NCBI GenBank assembly: GCA_963693365.1
Contig: CAVNZM010000008.1
Location: 7,938,318-8,002,317 of the forward strand
DNA: 64,000 nt
Reading direction: 5' to 3'
Source of the DNA: Amoebidium appalachense
Lineage: Eukaryota; Protista; Ichthyosporea
Shown in pieces: positions 14,142-37,999 of this stretch. Under the pieces are notes generated by a model. It did no database searches. It had not been told where the DNA came from and saw only the letters and a list, made by a program, of their open reading frames with translations. A program made the position numbers and the translations under genes. Position 1 is the first letter of the stretch; every line of letters starts with the position of its first letter.

Positions 14142-14210
<69 letters not shown>
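12980..14210 (+). mobile_element. 5'-truncated non-LTR retrotransposon (LINE ORF2 C-terminal part) ending in (CA)n
   Basis: ORFs 12905-13150 and 13289-14137 share one frame, separated by a single stop. The frame contains the RT-thumb-like IRLTFIRTFVFPACEYGLPL, a C/H motif (QWRSN...CP...HQFNRSC...C) and NILDFILN. The stop codon is followed almost directly by a (CA)n tract. Confidence 0.7.
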
Positions 14211-14242
14211 CCAGCTGATACCGAGTGTCCCGAGGGGAGCCC

Positions 14243-14305
<63 letters not shown>

Positions 14306-14945
14306 GGGGAACCCCAACTAATTGATTTCTCCTTGTAGTCTTTATGGTGTCTCGTAGAGAAAGTAAACCCTGATATATAGTCACCACCCGACATCTATGT
14401 ACGTGATCATGATATACCGCTGAGGGGATATTCCGAGCAAAACCCCCCCCCCCCATACCTGAGACTGGTTCTCTTTGCCTCGAGTAAACAGCGTAAACCC
14501 CCTGAATCATATCGGTGCCGCATAGTTTAAGTCAGAAAAGAAAAAGGCGTTCAAAGATAGCTTGCTGTTGCTCCCACGGTAGCAGCTATGTTTTCGGTTC
14601 TACAGATACCCTTTAGTGCATTCAATCTAACAGTCCGAGTTCGTGCCTGCACATGTTGCCAATAGCCAGCTTAGGAGGAGTTCTAGAGCGTCACGGGACC
14701 GATTACATGGGCGGTCTTCTAACCATGTCCTGCATATCCCGTGATATCATGTTGCACAGAAATAGCGCAATGAAGTGTTTCGGTAACAAGCAGGAAGATG
14801 TCCTGAAAACGTGTACGCATAGTAGAGCTGAGAATCTTGGCACTACTAAATGCACTTGCAGATCTCCAAACGACTGAACATACGTAGCCCCAGGAAGGAG
14901 GAAGGGGGCAGGGTAATCAGGGGCGATGCCGCAGAGAGGGGGGAA

Positions 14946-14979
<34 letters not shown>

Positions 14980-16200
14980 CTAAATATGTTCAAATGGTTC
15001 ACCGGCTCTTGTTTTGTTCACGTTGTAGCTGACTGCAAAAAAGTCAAAGCAGGCATCATATCAACACGTTTTCACGAGCGGACCATCCGGAGATAATTCT
15101 ACGCGTGGCTGCATCTTAGATGCTTGTTCAAGTGTTGACTGGGCCATGAAATTTTAGGTTTTTTTTAATATATCATAGTAAAACAGTAGAACTTCGAGAC
15201 CATGGCCGTTCGAGAAGCACACGCTGCATAGTTTCCCTTTTCACTCGAGCTTTGGTGTAATTTTCATTGACCTAAGAGATGCTCATCTCGGTTCCCGATC
15301 GAGTGCCCTTTGTAGCGGCAAAACCAAAAAGACACTATTAGGAGGCCGTAAAACCTGTTTGTTTAGGGCCGTATAATACTTTTTTTTTTTTTTTTTTTTT
15401 ACCGCCTCGCCAGCTAAGGCGTAGTGGCCATGGGCGGGCTGCTGGGTGAGACCTGGAGACTGAAGATGATTGGTCGAGCGTGCATCACTATATCTTATAG
15501 GTTGGCCAATCAACGTGCTTCTTTTTAATGATCAAAATTTACTTCCCCCCTCATAAGTTACCTCCGATCTCCATTCACCTCCAGCTTTGAACTTCGAAGT
15601 TTGAAGGAATACAGTATGCTAGTACGTACAGTACACTGTAAGACGGGGGAAGTCGTTCTTGTAAGGATATCAAAAATGGGTTTTTAAATATTTTTATTTT
15701 GCTTTGTGTGTGGAAATTATGTATGTCGTTCATCTCTTCTACCCGCGATTCATCAGGTCCCGAAATTTCTTGCGCAGGGCAGCAGCCCTTCTCAATAAGT
15801 TACCCCAGCAGTTAGCATGCCCTAATGAACGGCTGGTGCGCCAATTTGTCACAGTCACTGTCACGACAAAATAAAACGGACAAAAAAACGATGATACATA
15901 GTGGGCCCAGTGAACTTCTGTTACAGCTTTTCTCTCTACCACAGTTTCCCCACTGGTACATACCTGAAAAATTAAATCTAACAAGCGTATACTGCAGTAT
16001 ATAATAGAATATAGGCAGCGCCGAGAAGAAGGAGGGATACTATCAGTGGCGAAGTCCCTACGCCGTTTCACATCCCCAGAAGCATCAGTCGAATTCGACA
16101 GCCACATGTCCGCTTTGACATGTTTACATTGGATTCAACTACATGTTCCTACCAATTCACCTTACAATTGTAGCTGCTCCTTGTTTATTTTAAGGTGAAA

Positions 16201-16629
16201 ATGCGCTTCTTCTCGTTCACAAAAGCATTCGGCCGCTCCTCATCCCTGTCCTCAACCGATTCCGCGCAGAATGACACCGAAGTTGAGATGGCAATCATTG
16301 TGAGCACAGACTCATTGGCTGGGGCCGCGGCTGGAAGCACAACGGTAGCACCTAGTTTTCTTCAAGATGTTATAACAACGACAACTACAAGAGAAAACAG
16401 TGATTTGAATGAGATCTCAGTGAATGATTCGCAAAATGCACACAACAATCGTTCATCTCTTTCCAGCTGCAGCTCCTCTAGTTCGGAAGAGGAGGAGGAG
16501 GTGATGATGTTCAACAACACCACGACCGGTGTTTACAGAGCGATGATCTCGTCTACTTTTGTGACAAAACCCATGCAGCAGTCTCATGGAGCGACAAATG
16601 AAGAGAGATTTATCGAGATCCAACTGTGA
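16201..16629 (+). CDS. Hypothetical Ser/Thr-rich protein, single exon
   Basis: ATG-initiated 142-codon ORF in non-repetitive DNA, followed by T-rich 3' sequence. No recognisable domain. Confidence 0.4.
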   Translation: MRFFSFTKAFGRSSSLSSTDSAQNDTEVEMAIIVSTDSLAGAAAGSTTVAPSFLQDVITTTTTRENSDLNEISVNDSQNAHNNRSSLSSCSSSSSEEEEEVMMFNNTTTGVYRAMISSTFVTKPMQQSHGATNEERFIEIQL

Positions 16630-17356
16630 TGTGTTTTGTTTTTTGCCTGAATGAGATCTAGCTTGAGGCTGGGGCTGAGTGGTTAAGTTCCGAATGGTGT
16701 GGTGATGTAGTAGTAGATTGGGACTGAATCGTCGTTATTTTATTGAATGAATTCTGAAAGCAAGGAAGATGCTTTCTGCTGAAATGCATGAATGTGCTTA
16801 ATGATTTTAATAACTGTTGTGAACATGACTCATTGAATCCGTTTCGTGAAACGTGCAGTTACTATGTACTAATAATTTGGAGAATTGTATCAAATTGATG
16901 TCCTTTACATAGTCGATTTCCTTTTTTACAACTGGAGGGTTTCTGGTGAACTGATGAAAATACACTCATATGCAGTACAGTATCTGAGCCAAAAATAATT
17001 TAAATTGTTCAACAACCGTGTTTTGTGTTCGCAATGCAATGTTCCTGTTAGGGCCTTGTGCCAAGGTTTGTGTTCGGGGTGTGCATCATGTCGGCCCAGG
17101 GAGCCTCGGTGAATTATCATCAAAACACGACCGGTGCATGGGGGGGGGGGGGGGGGGGGGGAGGGGGGGGGGACAGGTCATGCGGACACGTGCATGCATG
17201 TGTGTGTACATGTGGTGTGTGCGCGCGTGTGTGCGCATGCGTGTGGGCGTGAGTGAGTGTGTGTGTGTGCACGTGTATTAGGTTACACCAGGGTGGGTGC
17301 AAAATGGGTGGGTCGACAGTAATTTTTTTCTTTTCTTTTCTTTTTCTTTCTTTCTT

Positions 17357-17407
<51 letters not shown>

Positions 17408-18155
17408 TTTTTTTTTTTTGGTGGTGGTGGTGGTGGTTGGTGGTGGTTGGTGGTGGTGGTAGCGGTAAGGGAGGGGGGGGGGGGGGGGGGGGGGGGGGGT
17501 GGCACAGAAAAGTAGCAAGGATAAAAAATCGGGAGGATGGGGATTTACTTCACCGCAAGGTTGGATGATAGTGAAGGGAACAGCCCCTTGGAGATTCAAG
17601 CCGCCCATGTAAAAAAAAAAAAAAAAAAAAAAACTTACAGAATAATAATAAAAAAATTTGCATTGCATGCATGCCATAATACCACGAATTCTACAGCCAA
17701 TCATAAACATGTCACCCAGCCAGGCAAAGTTACAAGAAAAGTACACATTCCCAAGCCCTGTGAAATGGCTCTCCGAGCCATAGAAAGGCCATTATGTCAC
17801 AGCTGAACATGAATATAAACCCTCTGATGATTATTATTACAGTAACAGTACACCTCCTGAGGAAGAAGGAGGTAATGTTTCAGCGGTCAGAACTTCACAG
17901 AATGTGCCTACGCATCGTAGCTAGGCGCGACTGCAACAATGGCCTAGACATCTAGGTACAAACCTATACTCAGCAAACACTACTATTAATACCGTATCAT
18001 ATACACAACATCCATGTCCTAAGATAAACACAAATATAAAAAAGCTGGGAGCTTTATTTGACAACAACAAGATGGGAAGCCAACTGACGTTGACGGCAAG
18101 CCATGAACTGGATTTCCGTTAAAACAACACGGGAAAAAAAAAAGAAAAAATAAAT

Positions 18156-18375
18156 TTAGTCAGGCTGATCGTGACCTGCAGAGTAGAAGTCCTCGTTGTC
18201 GCTCTCTGAGTCCAAACAGAAGCTGCCGGTGACTGTGTGCATGCCTGCATGCGGTGGTTGCTCCATGCGCTGTCGGGGCTGCGAGAGTATCTGTTGCGTA
18301 TGTTACGTGTATTCAAGTTATCATGATGTGTAGTGAGTGTGCGTGGGTGTGCGAGCGTGTGTGCGTGACGTGTGC

Positions 18376-18443
<68 letters not shown>

Positions 18444-18556
18444 ACGCGCGCGAGTCCGTGCGTGCGTGCGTGTGTGTGCGCGCGCGTGCGTGCACGCGTG
18501 TGTGTGCGCATGTGTGCGTGCGTGTGTGTGCGCATGTGTGCGTGTGTGTGTGTCAC

Positions 18557-18607
<51 letters not shown>

Positions 18608-19495
18608 CGCGCACGTGCGCATGTTTACAGTGTGCATCCATTATGCAATTGATAAGATGTACCATAAAGGGGGGAAGGGGGGAGGGGGGGGGGGGGAGGG
18701 GGGGGAGGGGGGGGAAGAGGAGTGTGAGTGGATTTTCATGATCAGAAAACGGCATGGCCTGAAATGGGTTTCAGAGGTGGGTGTAACGGGGGAAATTATC
18801 ATGATGAATGATATCTTCCTTCTTCCAACTTTTTGAAAGTCCCCAAGCTACGTGCAGGCACAGATATATAAAAAGTGGGACCGCAAGTGAAAATGAAAAG
18901 GCAATGCAAGGCAAAAATGAACGGACGGGAAACTGCAGGGATTTTATCGCAATGCCTTTCTTTTAGTTGAACTAATTAAAGGCCAAATTTCAAGAGAATC
19001 ATATTGGGCATCAGATGCTAGAAGGATAAAATGGGGAGGAAGGAAGGCGAGGGGAGAGTGGGGTGGGGGGTACTGCAAGGGGGGGGGAGGGGGGGGGACC
19101 ACGGGGGAAAACGCGGGGGAGGGGGGAGGGGGGGGGAGGGAGGGAGGGAGCGGGGGAGAGGGGTGTGTGTGTGTGGGGGGGGGGGGGGGAGGGGGGGGGT
19201 AATGGGGGAGGGGGGGGGGGGTAGGGGAGGCAAGTTTATATGACGTGCATTTATTGCAATTAATAAGGTAGAGGAGAGTATGGTATACTTACGTGGGAAT
19301 CTCGAATTTGTGGGTGTGTACGTGTGTGGCACTCTGAATGTGGGTGCATGTGCGCTACGTGCGTTTGTCAGAAAAAGGGGGGGGAAGAGGAGAAGGGGGG
19401 AGGGGGGGGAGAGAATGAGAGAAAGAACCTTGGGCTCTGTTTGTGTGCATGTGCCACGGTGTGTGTATGTGTGTGTGTGTGTGTGTGTGTTTTTT

Positions 19496-19536
<41 letters not shown>

Positions 19537-19706
19537 CACCTAGTCCTAGGAGGAAAAACAAGGGATTTACGTTATGCTTTCCCCTCATTTCAAGTTGGTT
19601 GCATTTCTTTTATTTTCTTGCTTTCTTTCTCATCCCTATCCTTTTTTTATTCACTATGTAACTTTTGGAACCCCCCAGGGGGAGGAGAGGGACGGGTCGG
19701 GGCACG

Positions 19707-19746
<40 letters not shown>

Positions 19747-20629
19747 AAACATGCGCACACACCTGCATGCCCCGTGCAAGTGCGTTCTGCCTGCGAGAGC
19801 CCGCCACCTTCACGCTTGGCACGGTTGGGTACCCTGAAGGTGTACGCACTTCACGGTCAACCCCACCCCACAGATCCAGTTGCTTACCAATCACGCTCAA
19901 ACGATGTTTTTTGGTGCGGCGAGAGAAAGGGATGTACACGGGCACACGCACAAACACACTCTTCCCCTCCCTCCCTGCTCCCATGTTCGTCCCCACCCCA
20001 GCCCGTGGCCCCGCCTCCGTCCCCGCACCCACGTTCCCCCCTACTGCATTGGGTGCCCCTGGGTCTGCCGCAGTATTTTCCGAATTTGCGGTGGGGGGGT
20101 TCATGACGGAGGTGTCAAAAGCGTTCCATATGACGGTAGAGACACGGCCGGCGTCAATCAGGGCATCAAACCCCGTCTTTGTGAAAAAGTAATCCCACGG
20201 CCACATGGCAGGGGGGACGTTCACGGAAATTTTTTCGCGGTTTTTCTCGAGCAGCTGGATAAAATTGTCGATGAGCGCGCACAACCCGATGGGCTCTAGG
20301 GGGAAGAGATTGCGGGTACCCCACTCCGAGAGAAAAGCTCGAACCTCGTTTTCATTGTTGCAAACCCCCATCGCGTGCAAATTTGTCGCAATCTCGGCGA
20401 CCATGAACAGGGGGTCTGGCAGGTGTGCGTGTCGGGTTGGCGCCATGCGGCGAACGAAAAAGCGACCGTGGCATCCGTTTGAACAACGGGTGAGGTCCGA
20501 GGGGGGCTTTGGGCAATTTTCACGCCATTTGATGGAAAATTCGCCTGGGTAGTCCCCGAAGAGTAGGTAGGCGTGGGATTTGAAGTTGGCCAGGCTCGGC
20601 CGTGGGTCTTCGTTGAGTGAGCTTGACAT
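18156..20629 (-). CDS. Hypothetical protein, predicted 3 exons
   Basis: Exons 20629-19888, 19833-19763 and 18290-18156 have GT-AG boundaries and matching phases. The N-terminal 170 aa look globular. No family recognised. Confidence 0.6.
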
Positions 20630-21731
20630 AATGCCAGTTTTTTTTTAAAACTTCTGCGATTTTTTTTGTTCTTTCTCTTTTTTTCTCTTTTCCCTCCCCA
20701 GTCACGTTTCAGACTTTTTTTTACCCTCCTTGAGAAGTTTTACAATTTCAAGTTCGGGGAAACTTCAAGAGAGGAGTCGAAGGAAATAAAGAAAGAAAAG
20801 GGAAAAGGAAAAGGAAAGGAGGAGGATATAATCTGTAAGTGTCTCCGGAACATTCAATGACTAACACTCTTCAAAGTTTGATTGCTATTCCAAAGTTCGG
20901 GCCCTCAGAATGCATGTGATTCACTGTTTGACGTAGATCGAGTTTGGTGTGAAACGTGTGCTCTGTGAAAAAGAAAGAAGGTAACCGAAGAGCAGCTGGA
21001 AAAAAAAGAGGGACACGGAACAAGTGTGAAAAGCAAGCATTTCTTTCAAGACTCAGTTCTTCTATAAGAACAAAGAAAAAAAGAAGAAAGGGGCCGGGTG
21101 TTGGAAAAAAGCTGGGGAGGCGGGAGACCAGGTGTCGAGCAACGATGAAAAGTAGATGTGGTTTGCTTTTCAAAAAGGAAAAAAAGAAAGAAAAAAACAC
21201 GCATACACACGGAAGACTCGTTGTTAGAGAGACATTTGATGGCAATGTGTATACATAAAGTGTGTCTGTGAGGTGACTAACAGTTCCAAAAAAAAACCCC
21301 CTTTGGGGAAAAGGGAAAAAAAAAAAAAAAAAAAATCTTGCGCGTTCGCGGGTTTCAAGCTCAGCTTTGCTCTTGGTACAGAATATTTCTCATGAAATCG
21401 TTTACAGTTCATTATCGTGTACACAGCAAAACAAAATGGAGTGGGTAAACGACAATGTATGAATCATTTGCTCAAAGTTTAGATCTGACGTACGCGGTGA
21501 CACTTTAAATTTGGTGACGTCCGAATCCGTAGCTCCATCTTATTGGCTCTCATTCAACCAATCATAAGGCGCTTAAAGGTGATTACAAATCAAAACGGAT
21601 ATTTGCTAACCTTATATGACTAAAAGCTGAAGCCTGTGCTATAATCCAATGAAAATGGACAATAATTTGGAATAGATCTGAACACCTGAGGTTTGTCGCT
21701 CGCTTGTTTGTTTGTGCACTTCTTCTTTCTT

Positions 21732-21767
<36 letters not shown>

Positions 21768-22290
21768 TTCTCACTTTTCAAATTTGTTTTTATTTACCCA
21801 AGTTTGTCCCCGTTCCAACCTAAAAGGCTACCTTCTTCCACTTAGCCCCTCTGAGGCTCATATACCTAGGCCTACAAAAGGCCACAACACTCTTAGCCTC
21901 TATGAGCACCGTGACATCGCAGGCGAGCGCAGCCCTGTAGGCACTTGCCCCGGAGGCTCGCTACTGGGGAACGTCCAATTGCACGCTTTGTCCGGCTTAG
22001 AGCTCTCCTTATTGAATTTCTACATGCAGACGGTGAAAAAAATACACCGTCGTACACTCATATGCATACAACAAGCTAGGTCTAGAACACAGCTCAGCCG
22101 GGCATGCACGCACCACTCAGATGAGAAGTACTACTGATCAGTACTCTCGAGCGACGCGATGATCAAACAGTTCGAAGAATACGAAGTGTGCCACGTACTG
22201 GGCAAATGCAACATTCAATATTGTAATACATACACCGTTCAATTCGAACTGCACAGACTAGCTAATGACTAGGTACAATCCCCCCGGCTC

Positions 22291-22326
<36 letters not shown>

Positions 22327-22373
22327 CCCGGCACACCACGGCCCTGTACGTGCACACACACACACAAACACAC

Positions 22374-22431
<58 letters not shown>

Positions 22432-23486
22432 CACGCACACACAACACACGCACACTTCCCCAAACTGAGGCCGTTCTATGATATTTGTGTAGACGTCTGG
22501 CCCACGTGCCCCAGCTCTTGCCCACCCAAGCAAATTGACGCACGCATGGGCATGCACAGGAAGCGGATCACACACACGTCCATGTACTGTACGTGCACAC
22601 ACCTATGCACATGCCCCTCCATAGCCATGGACCATGCATATATATGCTGCTTCATGATCACACTTACAGATACGTACACACAGCAGATCATTGTTAGCCG
22701 GTGCCATATGATATTTAAATTCGCACGGAAGCTGCAGGGGGCTCACATTTTACTGGTTGACGTTGAATTATAACACGTACGGTCTACATTCCACAGCAGT
22801 GTCACGTTCTATCTAAATTTCATTGGGCAAGAAAGGAACAGGATCCAAAAGGGCCCAGTTTTGCGTAACCGTCACCTAATTTGGCAAAAACGTACCGTTA
22901 ACGTTAACATGGGCCTGCAATTGCAAGCCTTACTTTTGTATTTGACTATTATGTATTAGCTAATAATATTAGTGTAACCACTCCAACACTTGCAAGCGTC
23001 CAGATTATATAATCCTGACACAAGAACGTTAAAGCTTACATCATTAATTGTGTACACATGTATCACCACTAACTTCAACCTCCTCCCCTCGAGCTCCCCC
23101 CCCCCCCCCCCCCCCCTCCTCCCCCCCCCCCCCCCCCCCCCCTCTTTTTCTCTCGGTCTAACATTGCGTGTGTGTGCGCCTGTGTGTGTGTGCCAGTGAG
23201 CGAGAGTGTGTGGATGTGAGTGTCGTGTGCGTGTGTACGTGTGTGGTTGCCTGTGTGTGGGTTGCTCGGGCGCAAGCCCATTGCGCGCAAGTGTGTGATG
23301 GTGACCCATGCACGTGTCAGTGTCTGTGTAAAAGCGTGTGATTGGCTCCGTATCAGGCATATGTGTCCTTCCGGGAAGAGGCTCTTATACAGTGCTAAGG
23401 TTTTCCCCAACCAACAAAATAGACATATCCGTATTTCGTCTCAGATAGTATACATTCCTTGGGGGAAACAAAGTTGATGTTATCAG

Positions 23487-23548
<62 letters not shown>

Positions 23549-23755
23549 AAAAAAAAAAAAAGGAAAAGAAAAAAGAAAAACAACCCCTCCCATATCCTTA
23601 TCACCCACAGATAAGCCAATCAAACGGAAAGAGATCATTTTTTCCTTCGCCCAAACCCTCGCTCAGCTCAGAACACATACAGTACAAATCTTTCATCACC
23701 GCCACACAAAATCTCAACTGCGATCCTACCGTCCGATCCCCACTCAATCGACCGA

Positions 23756-32530
<8,775 letters not shown>

Positions 32531-34360
32531 CTTTGCTGACTTGTATAGATGGGTCTATTCTATAAGAGGAAAAAGGATGAGGGAAAGGGGGGAAAAGATG
32601 GGATGTTCAGGACGGTTGATGATACCTGTTGGCACCTGGTGTGTAGCTATGGCGCAGGGATGTCACGAAACCAGAAGGTTGGTGAATGAGATTGTGTGAG
32701 TGGTGACGTGGTTGATTCTCATAGGCAGACCAAGTCCCAGGAGGGTTAAACAACGATTGTGGGTGCAATTACACTACACGTGGGTAATAATGGACCCAGG
32801 GCTACACTGCTGGATTTGTGTCGCAATTTGTCGTAAATTCGTTAACGTATTTTGTTCCTCTCGAACACGGGCTTTTTTACTCTCCACCCTAATAGTGCGT
32901 GCTATGTATATGTAGTACCGGCAAACCAACCACAATCAAGAAATCCGCTTGGATGCTTTCCTCCGCTTTCCCTCCGTTCTGGACACTTCATATAGATGTC
33001 TTTTCTTTTTGCATGTCAATAGGACCCTTAAACTACTGAAAAAGGTCTTCTCCTTCTACACGTGTTTAGACCTTTTATGCTCCTACAATAGTAAAACTTT
33101 GAACACAGTCGATAGACCGTTTCTTCTGCATACACACCTGACTGGGCCGGCTTCACATGGCCTTCACTGTGGCAACCGCGTTCGTGCCAAGGGAAAACGA
33201 ACGAGCTATGTGCCGTTTTACAGTGAAACTACTGATGCGAAGTGTGTGATGTGCAAACAAAGCCTAATCTAAAGCTGGTATCAATAAAGATCAAAGAGAA
33301 ACATAGCATGCGTTTCACGTCTACAGTTGTGGTTCAAGTCTTATCATCTGTAAAGAAGTTGAAATGGTACCGGTCTCTCAAGTTCTCGCAAAACTAAGGA
33401 AACAGAACACATTTGCAGCTGTACGTTCCAAAGCGTAAGATATGTAGTCTAAGAATGGAGACTCTATCAAAGAATTCCGGACACCTGTTTACAATGAATA
33501 GTCGCACAGCTGTCACTAAACCCACGAAAAAAAAAGAAAAAAAAAAAAAGACAGAGAGAGAGAACCTAAACCATCCCGAGCTCATTCCTGACTTTTCTGC
33601 GCCCCTTCTCTCCCCCCCTTTTGGTAAGAAGAAAAAGAAAAGCAGACAAACAGAACCGAAGTTGCTATCATTCTGAAGAATCGCTTCTTCTCCTTCACAC
33701 ATATTCACTTTTTTCAGTGCTGCGTTTGACAGTTCGTTTGACATCTACCAACGAGGCAAGAGAAACAATAAAATAAAAAAAACGAATTTTGAAGACCAGC
33801 GTGACCTGTTGGCTTCTGGAATAGTGATATTTGTTTGCAGCAAGCACTCAATAAGTCCAGTGAAGGAGGGCGAACATGCCGAGGCCACCGGAGCCAAGAG
33901 TGCCTTTCATTCTTCCAAGGAATGAACGCAAGGGTGGGTTACTCATTCCTACACCTCTAGAGTGACGTGCACGTTGCTGAGCGATGGGGATCGTAAATGT
34001 TTGTGTTTGTGTGTTTGAGTTTGCTTGTTTATTTGTTTGAAGATGTTCACGTTTTTGTTGGCCTCTTCTGTGTGTGGCGAAAAAGCCTATGTAGACTTGC
34101 GGCTCTGTGAATCTCAGTGTAGATATGGCATCTCTGGGCTTATCTCACTGTGCCCGAGTCCTCCCAGACCAATAACGACTCTTCACAAGTCCACGGTGCT
34201 TCTAGATCCTCTGAAGCATTAGATTAGAAATATTCTATGACTGCATAACTGAAAAAAGAACATGTTATCTGACAGTGTAGGAGGACTCTGAAAGCTTGAA
34301 CCAGTTCAGAACACTCAACGACCAACGCGAACGCTAATCCTCCTCTCCTCCAACTTATAC

Positions 34361-34434
<74 letters not shown>

Positions 34435-34443
34435 GGGCACACA

Positions 34444-34524
<81 letters not shown>

Positions 34525-34552
34525 ACCTCCCCCCCCCCCCCCCCCCACCCAC

Positions 34553-34590
<38 letters not shown>

Positions 34591-34625
34591 GCACACACAC
34601 ATACACGTGCACCCTTCCCCACAGC

Positions 34626-36250
34626 ATGTCCACTCTCCGTTCTACCCCACACGAGGTCCTCGTGCGCATCATACGTGCTCTTCCCCACGACGATCGTCTA
34701 ACTGTTACCCTCGTGTGCAAACGATTGAACCACCTTGCCCGTTCCCCGGAGGATGGCCTCGTTTCATTCTCCTACACTATCGCGCTCGCAGACATGAAGA
34801 TCCTTTATACCTTTTCAGGTTTTTGCAACGGTGGGGCCCCGTCGTAGGTCATGTGAACGTCGATACACGGGGGTGGTGTGCCGGTGAGTCCAGCGTGCCA
34901 CAAATGTGGTTGGCAAGCACTGCACACATGTTGTGCTCGCCGCAACGCGTCGTAAGCATCACATGGGAGAGCTACTTTGGCAAGGAATATGAGGCCGAAC
35001 GGGTCCTGTTTCTATCAGTTTTGGAGGGGATGGGCTCCCGTCTTCAAGCGATGGATTTTATACGAGAAAGGGATACGTATGACGAGCATGTCTCGGGCAG
35101 TTTTTTTGTGCGACACATGTGGGAGAAATGTCCTGGGCTAAAACACATCACCACCCAACATGCCGACATCCCACCCACAGAGGGGTACAACATGGAGAAA
35201 CTGACGGAGGTATCGTTGGGGAATTGCTGGTATGCAGACGAGGGTGCCTTGAACCATTTAATCCAGACGGCGCACGGATTGACCACTTTCATCTGTACCG
35301 TACAAAGTTTTGACGAAGGCAGGGCTCCGGTCACTTCTGTCGATGCGCTCATCACCAGCCTCGGGCGTAATCTGCAAGTGTTGGAATTGGATGGGCCTTA
35401 CCTCACGTTCGATCTTTCGTGCATGGAAAGTTGCCCACACCTCGAGAAATGGGCACTCGAAGGGTTCACACGGATATCCCTCCCACCGGCACTGAAATTG
35501 CACGAGATCTACGTTCGGGCGAAGAAGGCAAATATATCAAATCTGTCTGTTTGCACTGGCCTATGCGAACTGCGTGTTAATGCTAATTAAAGTTTGGATG
35601 CTCCCATCGTCAATCTTCAGTGCACAACACTAAAACGGGTAAAGTTGGAGGTCCCTTCTTCACTCAGTCTAGACACGCTCTGCGGTCTGGAAAATACTGC
35701 GGCAGAAATGGAGTTTACGCACGTATCCCCTTCGTTTGAATCCGAAGATTTCGGGTGGGGGGATGAATCTGGCCTAGTCCTTAATTGGGGCCAGTTTTGC
35801 AACGTTCTGACGCACCTTACATCACTTAGAAATCTATCCGTGATTGGGCTAGACCCAACTATTCACTTCAATCCGGATGTTGCAGCACAGTGTCACCCAC
35901 ACCTAGAGTTGATCAAGCTTAGCAACCGGTCGCAAATTCAGTCTTTGGGACCTGGTGTGAACGAAGACACGTCGTTGACAAGCGTGGTTGTGTCCGACTG
36001 CCCGTCTCTGAGCGACATTTCCGCACTCTCCCTCTGCACCAACTTAACCCGTTTGGTTCTCGAAAAGACGCCCCGAGTCACGAGCGTACGCTGCCTGGCG
36101 AGGCACCCCTCCCTGCCGAAAATCTCGATCGATAATCCCAGGATCGATCTTCGGCCGCTAGCGTCGTGCCCACGCCTGGGCCTGGTTCAGGTGGCAAATT
36201 TTGCCAGAAACGACAATGTAGATCTGCTCGTCACCCTACTTATACCGGTA
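34626..36250 (+). pseudogene. Intronless F-box/leucine-rich-repeat gene with a frameshift and an in-frame stop
   Basis: F-box motif [31 protein letters not shown]. The frame changes near 34752, and there is a TAA at 35588 with in-frame continuation. LRRs include LTSVVVSDCPSLSDISALSLCTNLTRLVLEKTPRVTSV. Confidence 0.75.
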
Positions 36251-36351
36251 GCAAGCCCCCCCCCCGCCCCTTTCCCCTTCCTCCCTCCCTTCTTGCCCTT
36301 TCACGCACAACTCACACGACGCACAAGCACACCCACACACGCACGTGCACA

Positions 36352-36527
<176 letters not shown>

Positions 36528-36597
36528 TAAACACAACCTCTCTCTCTTCCCTCCCAGTCCTTCTTCGTATTCCCTCTACCCTCTCTCCTCTTCCTCT

Positions 36598-36631
<34 letters not shown>

Positions 36632-36809
36632 TGCAAACACACTGGCACACAACACACACATACACCTCCTTCCTCACTTTCTCCGTCTCTCTAATCCTAT
36701 TCACATCTTTCTTCATATCACGATTCTCAGCTTGAACCCATACATATCCTCTTCGCATCTCGGCCTCAGCTTCCCCTCCCCCCTCCTCCCCCCCCCCCCC
36801 CCCCCCCCC

Positions 36810-37191
36810 AACCCCCGGGCATGGTTGCTCTGTGTCGTGCATCTGTAAGCACATACGCATTTTTCGCTGCACTGCATTAGTTTGCACACACATCTTCACC
36901 GTTTTGCTCACCGTGCTTGCATAAGCAACCCTGCTCGTCTTTGATCAAGACGGGTTGACCCGCCCAAGTTCAGTTGATGCTGCTGCCTGGGTTGGAGCGT
37001 CGTATATACGCGGGCTACGGGGTCAAAACTCAGAAGCAATTGATGACTTGGGTCCTCCCTGAGGATGGGCTTTGCTTTGACGCATACTGTGCGCATGGCT
37101 GATGTTGCATACTTGAATGTTTCCCTTTGCATGTGTCCTGCACCATGCTTCTCGTCGTGTATGCGTACTCGTATTGTTTTCCGCATTTAAA
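36810..37191 (+). mobile_element. Family A repeat, opposite orientation
   Basis: Reverse complement of 505-885; ends CCGCATTTAAA-(C)n and is preceded by poly-C. Confidence 0.8.
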
Positions 37192-37918
37192 CCCCCCCCT
37201 CCCCCACCCCCCCCACCAACCTTTTCGATATGCCCTGTTCAACCCACACTTACACCCACGCGTGCACCTACATATCCACCATGCCCTTTTGTACACATGC
37301 AACCCACATACACACAGAGGAGCAAGAATCACACACATCCATATTACCCCCCCCCCCCCCCTTCCCTCCCCCCCCGCGAGGCTCCAACCCCCTGAGGCTC
37401 CCCTCTCTTCTCAAGGCCACAAAGTTCCTTCCCATGCTGTATGTACTCTTTGCCAAAACTCCTTGTGTGGGTGTGTCTCGCTTTGCGCCCTCCCCCCCCC
37501 CCCCCCCCCCCCCTCTCCCCCTCCCCCCCCCCCCACCACCCCTACACACACATTGCCCCCCTCCCCCCCCCCCCCTCTCCCCCTTCTACCTCATGCCCTC
37601 CTTTTTTGCATTGCCAATGATAGGCACAACCCCAAGGTCTTTTATACCACCATTCAGTACCGTGATTGAAGGGTTTAACTTACCTTTTTTTGTTTCGTGT
37701 GCAGAGGAACAAAGGCAGGAGCCAACAGCAACCGTCGGTAAAAGGTGTCTAGGAGACCAAAGCCACATGGGTGAGTGGGATTCGGCTGCGGTTACCGTGT
37801 AAAATGGCACGCCGCAAGGGGGATTTTGGCCTACGGTGGTTTGCACCGACTTGAGAGGTTTGTGAGGGTGTTGGTGGATAGGGCTCTTATGCCGTAGGTG
37901 GCTATGTGAACACCATGT

Positions 37919-37954
<36 letters not shown>

Positions 37955-37957
37955 TGG

Positions 37958-37999
<42 letters not shown>

